Shown here: positions 8,923 to 18,440 of the stretch, one piece after another
Layout of the letters: every line of letters begins with the position of its first letter
How positions within the stretch are numbered: position 1 is the stretch's first letter
NCBI GenBank assembly: GCA_900546215.1
Contig: URCD01000001.1
Location: forward strand, 15,540 to 79,539
Reading direction: 5' to 3'
DNA length: 64,000 nt
Source of the DNA: an uncultured Eubacteriales bacterium
GTDB taxonomy: Bacteria; Bacillota; Clostridia; Lachnospirales; Anaerotignaceae
Notes under the pieces: model-generated
The model's database searches: none
The model's input: only the letters and a program-made list of their open reading frames with translations
Told to the model about the DNA's origin: nothing
Made by a program: the position numbers and the translations under genes

Positions 8923-10038
8923 ATGAAAAGGAATTTAAAGAAACTGCTTGCAATGGCACTATCTGCCACAATGGTACTTTCAGTGGCTGCATGCTCCAGC
9001 TCTAAAAAGGAGGAGCCTGCGGACAAGGGACAGACAGAAGAAAGCGGAACAAAATCTGACATTAAAATTGGCCTTATTACAACAATCGGAGGACTCGGTG
9101 ACAGCTCAATCGGTGATGAGGGCTATAACGGAGTAAAAAACGCTTCCGAAGTACTTGGTTTTGAATTTGACTATTCAGAACCCATGACATCACAGGACCT
9201 TGAGGCACTTATAATCGAGTATTCCGAATCAGGCGAATATGACCTCATAGTCACACTTGGAAATGAATCTCTTGAGCCGGTTCAGTCTGAGCAGGCAAAT
9301 TATCCTGACCAGAAATATCTTGTATATGATATTGAGGCAGAGCATGAAAACGTTATTACAGAATGGTTCTCAAAGGATGAAATCGGTTTCATGGCAGGAT
9401 GCTTCATGGCGCTTATGGAGCCTTACGGACAGCTTATAATTAATGGGGAAACAAAAACCTGGGAACCCGGAAACACATACGGCCTTATAATCGGAGGAGA
9501 GTATCCTTCAACGGTTTCGGCAATTACAGGCGCAGCGGCTGGCATTAAATATATTGACCCTGAGAACGAGTATTTATACGCAATTGTAGGCGACTGGAAA
9601 GACCAGGCTAAAAATAAGGAGCTTGCCCTCTCAATGTACGATCAGGGAGCTCACTTTATTTTCCATAACGCAGGCGGCGGATGCAACGGAATACTTGAGG
9701 CTGCCAAGGAAAGAGACGGTTTCTTTGTTGGTTACGATGGAAACCAGAACAACTTAGACCCTACACATGTAGTTGCTTCTTCAATCAAATGCAACAGTGA
9801 CGTTATTCTTCGTGTGCTTACGCAGTTTGTTGAGACAGGAGAACTGGCATGGGGAACAGCAGAGGAAAATGGATACGCAAACGGCGGTATCGACTTCGTA
9901 TATCAGGACGGACTTGAGGTTCCTGAGGAAGTATCTGCTGCTATGGAAGCAATAAAAGAAAAATTGAAAGCCGGAGAAATAACACCTCCTTCAACATGGG
10001 AAGACGTTGAAACATTCACAGCGGTATACGAAGGCTGA
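8923..10038 (+). CDS. BMP-family (PnrA/TmpC-like) ABC substrate-binding lipoprotein, nucleoside-type
   Basis: Signal peptide and lipobox 'VAACSS'. 'KIGLITTIGGLGDSSIGDEGYNG' is the BMP-family signature. RBS agggagg. The GTG-extended ORF from 8881 is rejected. Confidence 0.8.
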   Translation: MKRNLKKLLAMALSATMVLSVAACSSSKKEEPADKGQTEESGTKSDIKIGLITTIGGLGDSSIGDEGYNGVKNASEVLGFEFDYSEPMTSQDLEALIIEYSESGEYDLIVTLGNESLEPVQSEQANYPDQKYLVYDIEAEHENVITEWFSKDEIGFMAGCFMALMEPYGQLIINGETKTWEPGNTYGLIIGGEYPSTVSAITGAAAGIKYIDPENEYLYAIVGDWKDQAKNKELALSMYDQGAHFIFHNAGGGCNGILEAAKERDGFFVGYDGNQNNLDPTHVVASSIKCNSDVILRVLTQFVETGELAWGTAEENGYANGGIDFVYQDGLEVPEEVSAAMEAIKEKLKAGEITPPSTWEDVETFTAVYEG

Positions 10039-10108
10039 TAAATATGAGATCACACAGATGTCATAGGGGTTCAACCTCTATGACATTTGTTTTAAGGAGG
10101 CCAGACAG

Positions 10109-11650
10109 GTGGAAAACAACATTATTGAAATGAAAAATATCTGCATATCCTTTGGAGACCTCATGGCCAATAAAAACGTAGACTTTTCAGTTAAAGAGGG
10201 AGAGATAATGGCGCTGCTGGGGGAGAACGGAGCCGGTAAGTCAACCCTAATGAAAATTCTCTACGGTCTGTATGCGAGGGACAAGGGCGAAATAACGGTA
10301 GAAGGCAAAAAAATGCCGCATAAGTATTCGCCTATGGATATGATTAATCTTGGTATTTCAATGGTTCCACAGCAGTTTATGCTTGTAGACGCCTTTACGG
10401 TTGCAGAAAATATAATTCTGGGCAAGGAGAAGGTTGTAGGAAAATTTGTATTTAATAAAAAGAAGGCTGAACAGCTGGTTGCGGACCTCTGCGAGGAATT
10501 TGACATACGTCTTAACCCATCCGATACTGTAGCCTCGCTTTCCCTTGGAGAAAAGCAGAAAATAGAAATTCTTAAGGCTCTGTACAGGGGCGGCAGGGTA
10601 ATAATACTTGACGAGCCGACAACAATACTAACCCCTCAGGAGGTTTCAGAGCTTTTTTCTCTTTTAAAATCTCTAAAGGCAAAGGGCATATCGGTGATTT
10701 TAATTGCGCATAAGCTTCAGGAGGTTATGGACGTTACAGACAGGATTACAGTTATGAGGCTTGGGGAAAAGGTGGCGGTAGTTAATACTGCCCAGACAAA
10801 CATAAACGAGCTTGCTGAAACTATGGTAGGCAGAAGGCTTAACAGCGTTTGTGTGGATTTCAAGGAGGAGCATGAGGCTCCGCTTATCAAATTTGTAGAC
10901 GTTTCTACAAAAAAGCAGGGAGAAAGATGCCCTCTCAATAATTTTAACCTGGAGCTTTATCCGTCAAGAGTTGTGGGAATTGCAGGAATTGACGGCAACG
11001 GACAGACAGAACTTGTGGAAGTAATGGCCGGCATAAAGCAGATTAAAAGCGGTTCTATAATAATTGACGGCAAGGAAATCAGGGATAATTCCCATGCCGT
11101 TATGAAAGATCAGGGAATAGGGATAATTCCCGAGGACAGAAGGGAACAGGGATTGGTGCTGGACCTTTCGATTAAGGACAATATTATTATAGGACGAAGA
11201 AAGGACAAGGAATTTGTCAACAAGGGTGTGTTTAAAAAGAGAGATGTTAATGCCTATGCCGATGAGCTTATAAAGGAATTTGACGTGCGTCCGCCCAAAA
11301 GGGACGTTATCTGCCGTTTTGTTTCAGGGGGAAACCAGCAGAAAATAGTACTGGCTAGAGAACTGAGCAGGCCGGGTCTTAAAACAATTGTCGCTTCACA
11401 GCCTATAAGAGGACTTGATATAGGAGCGATAGAGTTTACTCACAGAACCCTTTTAAGATTTCGTGAGGAAGGAAAGGCCGTACTCCTTATATCCAGTGAT
11501 TTGGATGAGATAATGGAGCTGAGCGATTATATAGCGGTATTGTCTGAAGGAGAAATTGTCGCCTTTAAGCCAAGAAACCAGTTTACAGTAGAGGAAATAG
11601 GCCTGTATATGGGCGGAGAAAAAGCTGAGGAAAGGAGAGACGCCATATGA
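10109..11650 (+). CDS. ABC transporter ATP-binding protein with duplicated ATPase domains
   Basis: 513 aa. Walker A 'GENGAGKST', two ABC signature regions, Walker B 'ILDEPT' twice. GTG start 7 nt after aggagg. Confidence 0.8.
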   Translation: MENNIIEMKNICISFGDLMANKNVDFSVKEGEIMALLGENGAGKSTLMKILYGLYARDKGEITVEGKKMPHKYSPMDMINLGISMVPQQFMLVDAFTVAENIILGKEKVVGKFVFNKKKAEQLVADLCEEFDIRLNPSDTVASLSLGEKQKIEILKALYRGGRVIILDEPTTILTPQEVSELFSLLKSLKAKGISVILIAHKLQEVMDVTDRITVMRLGEKVAVVNTAQTNINELAETMVGRRLNSVCVDFKEEHEAPLIKFVDVSTKKQGERCPLNNFNLELYPSRVVGIAGIDGNGQTELVEVMAGIKQIKSGSIIIDGKEIRDNSHAVMKDQGIGIIPEDRREQGLVLDLSIKDNIIIGRRKDKEFVNKGVFKKRDVNAYADELIKEFDVRPPKRDVICRFVSGGNQQKIVLARELSRPGLKTIVASQPIRGLDIGAIEFTHRTLLRFREEGKAVLLISSDLDEIMELSDYIAVLSEGEIVAFKPRNQFTVEEIGLYMGGEKAEERRDAI

Positions 11651-12714
11651 AAGATAATATGAAATTTAAAAAGTTTTTAGGCGACGCCGGAAGAATTGTG
11701 GCGGCATTCCTTATAGCTCTTATAATAGGCGGAATTTTCCTTGCCTTTTTAGGACAGTCACCGATAGAGGCATATATAGTTATTTTTTCCAAGGCCATAG
11801 ACGGCTTTGACCAGGTGCTTAGGCGTATGACCCCGCTTATGCTGACGGGACTTGCGGTTGCTATCCCTCTTAAAACAGGAATGTTAAATATGGGCGGAGA
11901 AGGCCAGATTGCAGTCGGTGCGCTTATAGGAGCGCTTGTCGGCGCATATGTGCCGCTGCCGGGCATTATTCATCCTATAGTATGTATGATAGCCGCTGCA
12001 ATAGGCGGAGGAATTGCGGCGCTTATTCCGGCATTTCTTAAGGTTAAGTTTGGTTCGGGAGAGGTTGTAACCTCTATCATGCTTAACTACGTTATTATGT
12101 ATATCATTAAATATCTTACAATGTATCCGCTGAGAGCATCCAACAACATGCCTCAGACAGCTGATGTTTTAGATTCAGCCGTTTTGGCAAGACCTGTTCA
12201 GGGACAGCAGTGGGCATGGGGGCTTTTTATCGCCCTTGGAATTTGTTTTCTTATGCAGTTTTTCCTTGAAAAAACCAATAAGGGACTGGAGCTTAAAAGC
12301 GCAGGATTAAGCCCGCTTACCTCAAAGTATCAGGGAATCAATATCAGGACGCTTTCTCTGCTTGGCATGGTTATAGGCGGTGCGTTGGCTGGCGTTGGAG
12401 GAACTCTTGAGGTTCTTGGCGGAAAATACGCATATTTGGACGGATATTTTGACAACTATGGATGGGACGGAGTGGCTATCTGTTATATGGCAAAGGGAAA
12501 TCCCATTGTTGTTATACTTACGTCATTCATTATTTCCGTAATAAGGGTAGGTGCGGCTGCGCTGGACAGAAAAACAAATATATCGGTATTCTTTTCCATT
12601 GCCCTCTACGGAGTTATAATCATTCTTCTTGTTTCACCCCATCTTATCCAAATTATTATTGACTTCTTCAAAAAGAGATTTGCACCAAAAGAAACGGCAA
12701 AGGAGGAAGCGTAA
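11647..12714 (+). CDS. ABC transporter permease (BMP-family system)
   Basis: 355 aa, multi-TM hydrophobic. ATG overlaps the upstream stop (ATATGA). Confidence 0.75.
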   Translation: MKDNMKFKKFLGDAGRIVAAFLIALIIGGIFLAFLGQSPIEAYIVIFSKAIDGFDQVLRRMTPLMLTGLAVAIPLKTGMLNMGGEGQIAVGALIGALVGAYVPLPGIIHPIVCMIAAAIGGGIAALIPAFLKVKFGSGEVVTSIMLNYVIMYIIKYLTMYPLRASNNMPQTADVLDSAVLARPVQGQQWAWGLFIALGICFLMQFFLEKTNKGLELKSAGLSPLTSKYQGINIRTLSLLGMVIGGALAGVGGTLEVLGGKYAYLDGYFDNYGWDGVAICYMAKGNPIVVILTSFIISVIRVGAAALDRKTNISVFFSIALYGVIIILLVSPHLIQIIIDFFKKRFAPKETAKEEA

Positions 12715-13599
12715 ATGGCAATATCGACTTTATTATCAAGCTCGCTTAGAATGATGACTCCTCTGCTTTTCGCGGCCCTGGGAGTGCTTGTAACCTCAAA
12801 AGCCGGAGTCGTAAATATGGGCATGGAGGGGAACATGCTCTTTGGCGCATTTATTTCGGTCTATTTTACATACGTCACCGGAAATCCGCTGGTTGGGCAG
12901 ATAGCGGCGCTTATGTTTGGCATGATATACGGACTTGTAATGTCCTTTTTCATAATCATATGCAAGGCAAATCATACCGTGTGCGGCCTTGGACTTAACT
13001 TTGTAGCCCAGGGTGCGACCACTGTTTTGCTTGGCACGGTATGGAACACTTCAGGAATATCTCCGTCAGTTACAAAATTTCCCTCATTCACAATGGGGCC
13101 TTTAGGACTGCAGTCCTATAATATAATCATTGTTCTGCTGCTTTGCGCGCTTGTATGGTTTACGCTTGGCAGGACTAACTTCGGACTCAGAATGCGCTCA
13201 GTTGGCGAAAACCCGGCTGCTGCTGATTCAGTTGGTATATCCGTAGGAAGATACCAGCTTATGGCCATGATTATTGCCGGGGCTTTAGGAGGGCTTGCAG
13301 GTTCTGAGCTTGCCATAGGACAGACAGGCTCCTTTGCTAAGCTTATGACCTCATCAAAGGGCTTCCTTTCCTACTCAGCGGTTATTTTTGGCGGCTACGG
13401 AGTTATAGGAACAATTCTTACAACCTTTGTTCTGGGATTTTTGGACGCGTTCCAGATGAGGGCGCAGACCGTATTCAATATTCCAGGACAGCTTCTTCTT
13501 ATGCTTCCTTACCTGTTTACGCTTATTGCGCTTATAGGTGTGGGCAATGTCAAGAAGCCTGCGGCTATGGGCAAAATTTATGAACGAGGAAAATTCTGA
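12715..13599 (+). CDS. ABC transporter permease (second permease)
   Basis: 294 aa, multi-TM. Starts 1 nt after the upstream stop. Confidence 0.75.
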   Translation: MAISTLLSSSLRMMTPLLFAALGVLVTSKAGVVNMGMEGNMLFGAFISVYFTYVTGNPLVGQIAALMFGMIYGLVMSFFIIICKANHTVCGLGLNFVAQGATTVLLGTVWNTSGISPSVTKFPSFTMGPLGLQSYNIIIVLLLCALVWFTLGRTNFGLRMRSVGENPAAADSVGISVGRYQLMAMIIAGALGGLAGSELAIGQTGSFAKLMTSSKGFLSYSAVIFGGYGVIGTILTTFVLGFLDAFQMRAQTVFNIPGQLLLMLPYLFTLIALIGVGNVKKPAAMGKIYERGKF

Positions 13600-13623
13600 T
13601 ATTTTACGGGAGGCAGATAATCA

Positions 13624-15732
13624 ATGAACGCTATCAACAATATAAAATATTTATTAAGTCCTAAGACAATTGCAATTCTTGGATGCTCGGAAACAAATCC
13701 GGGCGGCGCAACGCTTAAAAATCTTTTGAATTTGGGATATAAAGGTGAAATTTATCCGGTACATCCTAAAAAGGAAGAGGTAATGGGAATAAAGTGCTAC
13801 AAATCACTTGAGGATATAGGCAAAGAGGTTGACTGCTGTGTCGTATCACTTAGAGCCTCACTTATACCGCAGACTATAGAGGATATGAAAAAATGCGGTG
13901 CAAAGGCGGCGGTTGTGTTTGCCAGCGGATTTTCGGAAACAGGAGATGAAGGCAGAAGGCTTCAGGCTGAGGTTTCAAAACAGATTGAGGAGGCCGGAAT
14001 AGCCGTATGCGGAGCAAACTGCCTTGGGCTTATAAACCTTACTGACAATATACCTCTTTACAGCGCACCAATCGATGCGGAAAACGAAAACGGGCCTATC
14101 GGTATGGTAGCCCACAGCGGTTCCGCCTGTATAGCTATGATGAGCGCGGCAAGGGGAACCGGCTACAGCTATCTTATTTCCTGCGGCAATGAGGCTGGCC
14201 TTGGCGTACAGGATTACTTTGAATATATGCTTGAGGATGACAGCACGAAGATTTTGGCAGGCTATCTTGAGGCCGTAAGAAGCCCGGAGAAGCTGGCGCG
14301 CGTTGCCGATATGGCGGTTCAAAAGGGCAAGCCTATTGTAGTGTTTAAAACAGGGCGCTCTGAAATAGGACAGAAAACAGCTTCGGCACATTCAGGTGCG
14401 CTTGCAAGTCCTACGGCTATAGTTGACGCATATTTTAAGAAAAACAATATATTAACGGCGAAAAGCTTTGACGAGCTTGCCGAGGCATGTGAGTTGCTTT
14501 CAAAGCTTAAGGACTGGGACCTTGAAACGGATAAAATTGCATGTACAGCCATTTCGGGCGGTCAGCTGGGCTTTACCAGCGATGTTGCAAGCGAGGAAGG
14601 CGTCGAGTTCGGACAGATTGGTGAGGAGGCCAAGGCAAAAATCAGAGCGGTGCTTCCTGACTTTGCTACGGCTAATAACCCTCTAGACGTTACGACAGCG
14701 CTTTTCGACCCCCCGGCTTATAAGGAATGTATAAGGGCCATGGCGGGAGACCCCTCAATCGGCCTTATACTTATCTGCCAGGATGCGGAGGCAGGAATGG
14801 CTGTTGACGAAAGTAAGCTTTACTGCTCCATAGCGCAGGCTATTGTGGAGGTACAGCAGGAAATCAGCAAGCCCATAGCAGTTTTCTCACCAATATCGGC
14901 AGGCTTTGACAAACCGTTCGCGAAAATATTAAGAGACGGCAATATACCGCTTTTACAGGGCGCACATGAGAGTCTTCATGCGGTTAAGCTGCTTATTGAT
15001 TGGGATAAAATTAAAAAGAATTATGGTAAAAAGGCAGAGATAACAGAGCAGAAAAAACTTGATTTTAACGGAAGCAGAGTTCTCAGTGAAAGGCAGAGTA
15101 AGGCCCAGTTTGAAAAATTCGGACTTAGCGTGGCTAAGGATATTCTGGTTCAGACCAAGGACGAGGCAGTTAAGGCTGCGGATGAAATAGGGTATCCTGT
15201 GGTAATAAAGGTAGACTCACCCGATATTCTTCATAAAACAGAGGCTGGAATTGTAAAGCTGAATATTAAAAATGAGGCTGAACTTACTGAGGCATATGAT
15301 GCTGTGATTGCCAACACTAAGAGTTATAATGCTGACGCGAGGATAAGCGGCGTTTCAGTTCAGGAGATGGTTGAAAGCGGTGTTGAAATGCTTATCGGCG
15401 CTAAAAATGATCCTTCTTTTGGACCGTCGGTAATGGTGGGTCTGGGAGGCATATTCGTAGAGGTATTTAAGGATTTCTCCCTGTCTCTGGCTCCGGTTAA
15501 TAGGGCTGAAGCCTTAGAAATGATAAATTCGCTTAAGGGAAGCAAGCTTCTTTATGGAGCTAGGGGAGCAAAAGAAGCAGATACAGAAGCCCTTGCCGAT
15601 TTTATTGTAAAATTCAGCCAGATGGTTGCCGCAAATAGAGATACCTTTGCTGAAATAGATATTAACCCTGTGATAGTTCTTGAAAAGGGAAAGGGTGTAA
15701 AGGCTGTTGACGGACTTATTATCAGCAAATGA
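13624..15732 (+). CDS. ADP-forming acyl-CoA synthetase (acetate--CoA ligase [ADP-forming] family: CoA-binding + succinyl-CoA-synthetase-like + ATP-grasp domains)
   Basis: 702 aa. N-terminal CoA-binding 'IAILGCSE' Rossmann, a C-terminal ATP-grasp-like region, and overall NDP-forming ACS architecture. RBS gggagg. Confidence 0.65.
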   Translation: MNAINNIKYLLSPKTIAILGCSETNPGGATLKNLLNLGYKGEIYPVHPKKEEVMGIKCYKSLEDIGKEVDCCVVSLRASLIPQTIEDMKKCGAKAAVVFASGFSETGDEGRRLQAEVSKQIEEAGIAVCGANCLGLINLTDNIPLYSAPIDAENENGPIGMVAHSGSACIAMMSAARGTGYSYLISCGNEAGLGVQDYFEYMLEDDSTKILAGYLEAVRSPEKLARVADMAVQKGKPIVVFKTGRSEIGQKTASAHSGALASPTAIVDAYFKKNNILTAKSFDELAEACELLSKLKDWDLETDKIACTAISGGQLGFTSDVASEEGVEFGQIGEEAKAKIRAVLPDFATANNPLDVTTALFDPPAYKECIRAMAGDPSIGLILICQDAEAGMAVDESKLYCSIAQAIVEVQQEISKPIAVFSPISAGFDKPFAKILRDGNIPLLQGAHESLHAVKLLIDWDKIKKNYGKKAEITEQKKLDFNGSRVLSERQSKAQFEKFGLSVAKDILVQTKDEAVKAADEIGYPVVIKVDSPDILHKTEAGIVKLNIKNEAELTEAYDAVIANTKSYNADARISGVSVQEMVESGVEMLIGAKNDPSFGPSVMVGLGGIFVEVFKDFSLSLAPVNRAEALEMINSLKGSKLLYGARGAKEADTEALADFIVKFSQMVAANRDTFAEIDINPVIVLEKGKGVKAVDGLIISK

Positions 15733-16750
15733 ATTTGAAAGGCCGATAAAGGACTGGCCTAAAATTGACCTTCACAGACATTTGGAGGGAGCTGTGAGAA
15801 CGGACACCTTCAAAGATATAGTCAGGGAATATAAAATAGAACTCCCGGAGGGGGAATATACGGGCATACGGGACAATATATGCATATGCTCAGGGGATGA
15901 AAAATCCCTTACAGCCTTCCTTAAAAAGTTTGTATGGCTGAGAAAATTATTTGTTAATAAAGAGGCTCTCGCAAGGATAACCTACGAGGCTGTTGAGGAC
16001 GCGGCAAAAGACAATGTAATATATCTTGAGCTGAGGTTTAATCCGGCAAGGATGTTTGGCTGCGGGCTTTCGCATAGTGATGTAATTGACGGCATAAATG
16101 AAGGCATAAGGCTTGCAAAGGCAAAATATCGGATTAATGTCGGCCTTATATGCGGCATAGCAAGGGATATGGAGTATAGCTTCGCCTCAGATACAATTGC
16201 TTTCGCAGTAAAAAATATGGACAAGGGCATACTGGCTATGGACATCATGGGAGACGAAAAGTCCAGCCCCAAGGAGTTCAGCCGGCTTATAAAAGAGGCA
16301 GCAAAGGCTGGTCTTCCCGCTACCGTACACGCCGGAGAGGCAGGTCCTGCCGAAAACATAATTGAGAGTATAAATGAGCTTGGAGCTGTAAGGATAGGCC
16401 ATGGCAGCCATATACTTGAAAATAAGACGGCTCTGGAGCTTGTAAAGGAGAAAAACGTACTTATAGAGGCATGCCTTACAAGCAACGTACAGACAGGAGC
16501 GGTAAAGGATATGGTCAGCCATCCGCTTAAAACGCTGCTGGCAGAGAATGTACCTGTATGCCTTAATACCGATGACCCGGGCGTCAGCGGATGCCTTGAT
16601 TTGAGCGGTGAGTTTTATACGGCTAAAAGCGTATTTTCATTGGACTTTGAGGATTTAATCAAAATGCTTATGACAGGCGCTGAACATATATTTGACATAA
16701 ACAGCAGGGACACAATAAAGAGGGATATAAAAAACTATTTTAAAATTTAG
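15707..16750 (+). CDS. Adenosine/adenine deaminase family amidohydrolase
   Basis: 'IDLHRHLEGAV', 'HAGE' and 'CLNTDDPG' are the classic ADA metal-binding motifs. Its TTG start overlaps the upstream gene by 26 nt. Confidence 0.75.
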   Translation: MTDLLSANEFERPIKDWPKIDLHRHLEGAVRTDTFKDIVREYKIELPEGEYTGIRDNICICSGDEKSLTAFLKKFVWLRKLFVNKEALARITYEAVEDAAKDNVIYLELRFNPARMFGCGLSHSDVIDGINEGIRLAKAKYRINVGLICGIARDMEYSFASDTIAFAVKNMDKGILAMDIMGDEKSSPKEFSRLIKEAAKAGLPATVHAGEAGPAENIIESINELGAVRIGHGSHILENKTALELVKEKNVLIEACLTSNVQTGAVKDMVSHPLKTLLAENVPVCLNTDDPGVSGCLDLSGEFYTAKSVFSLDFEDLIKMLMTGAEHIFDINSRDTIKRDIKNYFKI

Positions 16751-16761
16751 GAGGAATTATT

Positions 16762-17574
16762 ATGAGTACTGTTATAACGGAAGTAAAAAGAAGAGTAGGC
16801 TACATAACAATGAACAGGCCTGAAAAGCTTAATGCCTTAAATGATGACCTTCTTATTGATTTATACGACGCTCTCGATAAATTTGATAAGGATGAAGATG
16901 TAAGGTGCGTTATCCTCAAGGGTGCAGGACGTGCATTCTGCCCCGGATTTGACCTTTCTCCCAGAGAGAATCCCTTTGTTACGGTTCCGGACTGGAGAGG
17001 ACATGTTGAACTCGGAAATAAGGTTACATGGAAGATCTGGGAAATGACAACGCCTGTAATCGCGGCTGTTCATGGCTTCTGTCTTGGCGGCGGCTGCGAC
17101 CTTGCTGCTGTATGCGACTTTACAATCGCTTCTGAGGACGCGGTTTTTGCAGAGCCTGAAATACAGTTTAACTCAGCTCCTCCGTTTATGATGCTTCCAT
17201 ATGTTGTGGGAATTAAAAAGGCTAAGGAAATTATCCTTACCGGAGACCGTTTCTCAGCTTCCGAAGCTGAAAAAATCGGACTTGTAAACAAAGTTGTACC
17301 GGCTGACAAGCTTGATGAGGAAGCAACTGCCCTTGCTATTAAGCTTGTTAAAATACCTCAGATTTCGGTTCAGATGAATAAGCTTTCAATCAACAGAATT
17401 TATGAGGCGGCAGGCTTCAGAAGCGGCATTAACGCGGGAGCGGAGATGTTCCCTCTTGTACTTATGACAAGTACACCTGAATTTGAGAGATTTAACGAGG
17501 TTAAGGAAAAGGAAGGACTTGCCGCCGCTTTTAAGTGGAGAGATCAGTTCTTTGCAGATGACAACCAGGAGTAA
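16762..17574 (+). CDS. Enoyl-CoA hydratase/isomerase (crotonase) family protein
   Basis: 'KGAGRAFCPGFDL' and 'AAVHGFCLGGGCDLA' are the crotonase oxyanion-hole motifs. RBS aggagg. Confidence 0.8.
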   Translation: MSTVITEVKRRVGYITMNRPEKLNALNDDLLIDLYDALDKFDKDEDVRCVILKGAGRAFCPGFDLSPRENPFVTVPDWRGHVELGNKVTWKIWEMTTPVIAAVHGFCLGGGCDLAAVCDFTIASEDAVFAEPEIQFNSAPPFMMLPYVVGIKKAKEIILTGDRFSASEAEKIGLVNKVVPADKLDEEATALAIKLVKIPQISVQMNKLSINRIYEAAGFRSGINAGAEMFPLVLMTSTPEFERFNEVKEKEGLAAAFKWRDQFFADDNQE

Positions 17575-17586
17575 GGAGGAAGCCCT

Positions 17587-18393
17587 ATGGCATTTGAAAC
17601 CCTTAAATACTCAGTAGAAAATAATGTTGCCTCAATTACCTTTACAAGGCCTGAAAAGCTGAATACGCTTAACATGAAGGTATGGGCGGAAATTGTAGAG
17701 GCTTTGGATACGGCAGAAAAGGACGACGAGGTAAACAGCATGCTCATTATGGGCGAGGGGCGCGCTTTCTGCGCAGGCTTTGACATGGACGACTCCGCAG
17801 AACAAAAGGAGCAGTCCGTGTGGGAGCAGTGGCTGGAGCTTAGGAGCGAAAGGGAAAATTCCCTCAGGCTATGGAATTTCAGGAAGCCGATTGTTGCCGC
17901 AGTACAGGGCTACTGCCTTGGCGGAGGCCTTGAGCTTGTCAATCTTGTGGATTTCATAATTGCGGCTGACAACGCTAAATTCGGGGAAAGTGAAATGCAG
18001 TATTCTTTCCTGCCTCAGCCATCAATGCTTTGGCTTTTGGGAGCTAGAAAAACTAAGGAAATTCTTATGCTGGCCGAGCGTTTCACAGCGGAGGAAGCAT
18101 ATAGGATCGGCTTTGTAAATAAAGTTGTTCCCCTTGAAAATCTTGAGGCGGAGTCAAGAAGAGTAGCGGAGCGCCTTGCAAAAATGCCTACGGAGACAAT
18201 GCAGCTTACAAAGAAAATGATAAATAAGGCCCTTGACGAGCAGGGCATGGATATTATCGGTGAGTGGGGCTGGGATACATTCCTTGTTTCCAAGCTTATG
18301 ACGACAAAACTAAGCGCCGAATATGACAGAATAGCCGCTGAGCAGGGCACCTCGGCAGCTATAAAATGGATGAACGAAAGATTTAAAAACTAA
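17587..18393 (+). CDS. Enoyl-CoA hydratase/isomerase (crotonase) family protein, second paralog
   Basis: 'GEGRAFCAGFDM' and 'AAVQGYCLGGGLELV'. RBS aaggagg. Confidence 0.8.
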   Translation: MAFETLKYSVENNVASITFTRPEKLNTLNMKVWAEIVEALDTAEKDDEVNSMLIMGEGRAFCAGFDMDDSAEQKEQSVWEQWLELRSERENSLRLWNFRKPIVAAVQGYCLGGGLELVNLVDFIIAADNAKFGESEMQYSFLPQPSMLWLLGARKTKEILMLAERFTAEEAYRIGFVNKVVPLENLEAESRRVAERLAKMPTETMQLTKKMINKALDEQGMDIIGEWGWDTFLVSKLMTTKLSAEYDRIAAEQGTSAAIKWMNERFKN

Positions 18394-18397
18394 TTGA

Positions 18398-18436
18398 AGA
18401 GAGGGCGCAGCGTAAGCTGCGCCCTCTCTGTTTATA
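18398..18436. terminator. Bidirectional terminator between the crotonase gene and helD
   Basis: agagagggcgcagc-gtaa-gctgcgccctctct, a perfect 14-bp stem. Confidence 0.7.
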
Positions 18437-18440
18437 AGGG

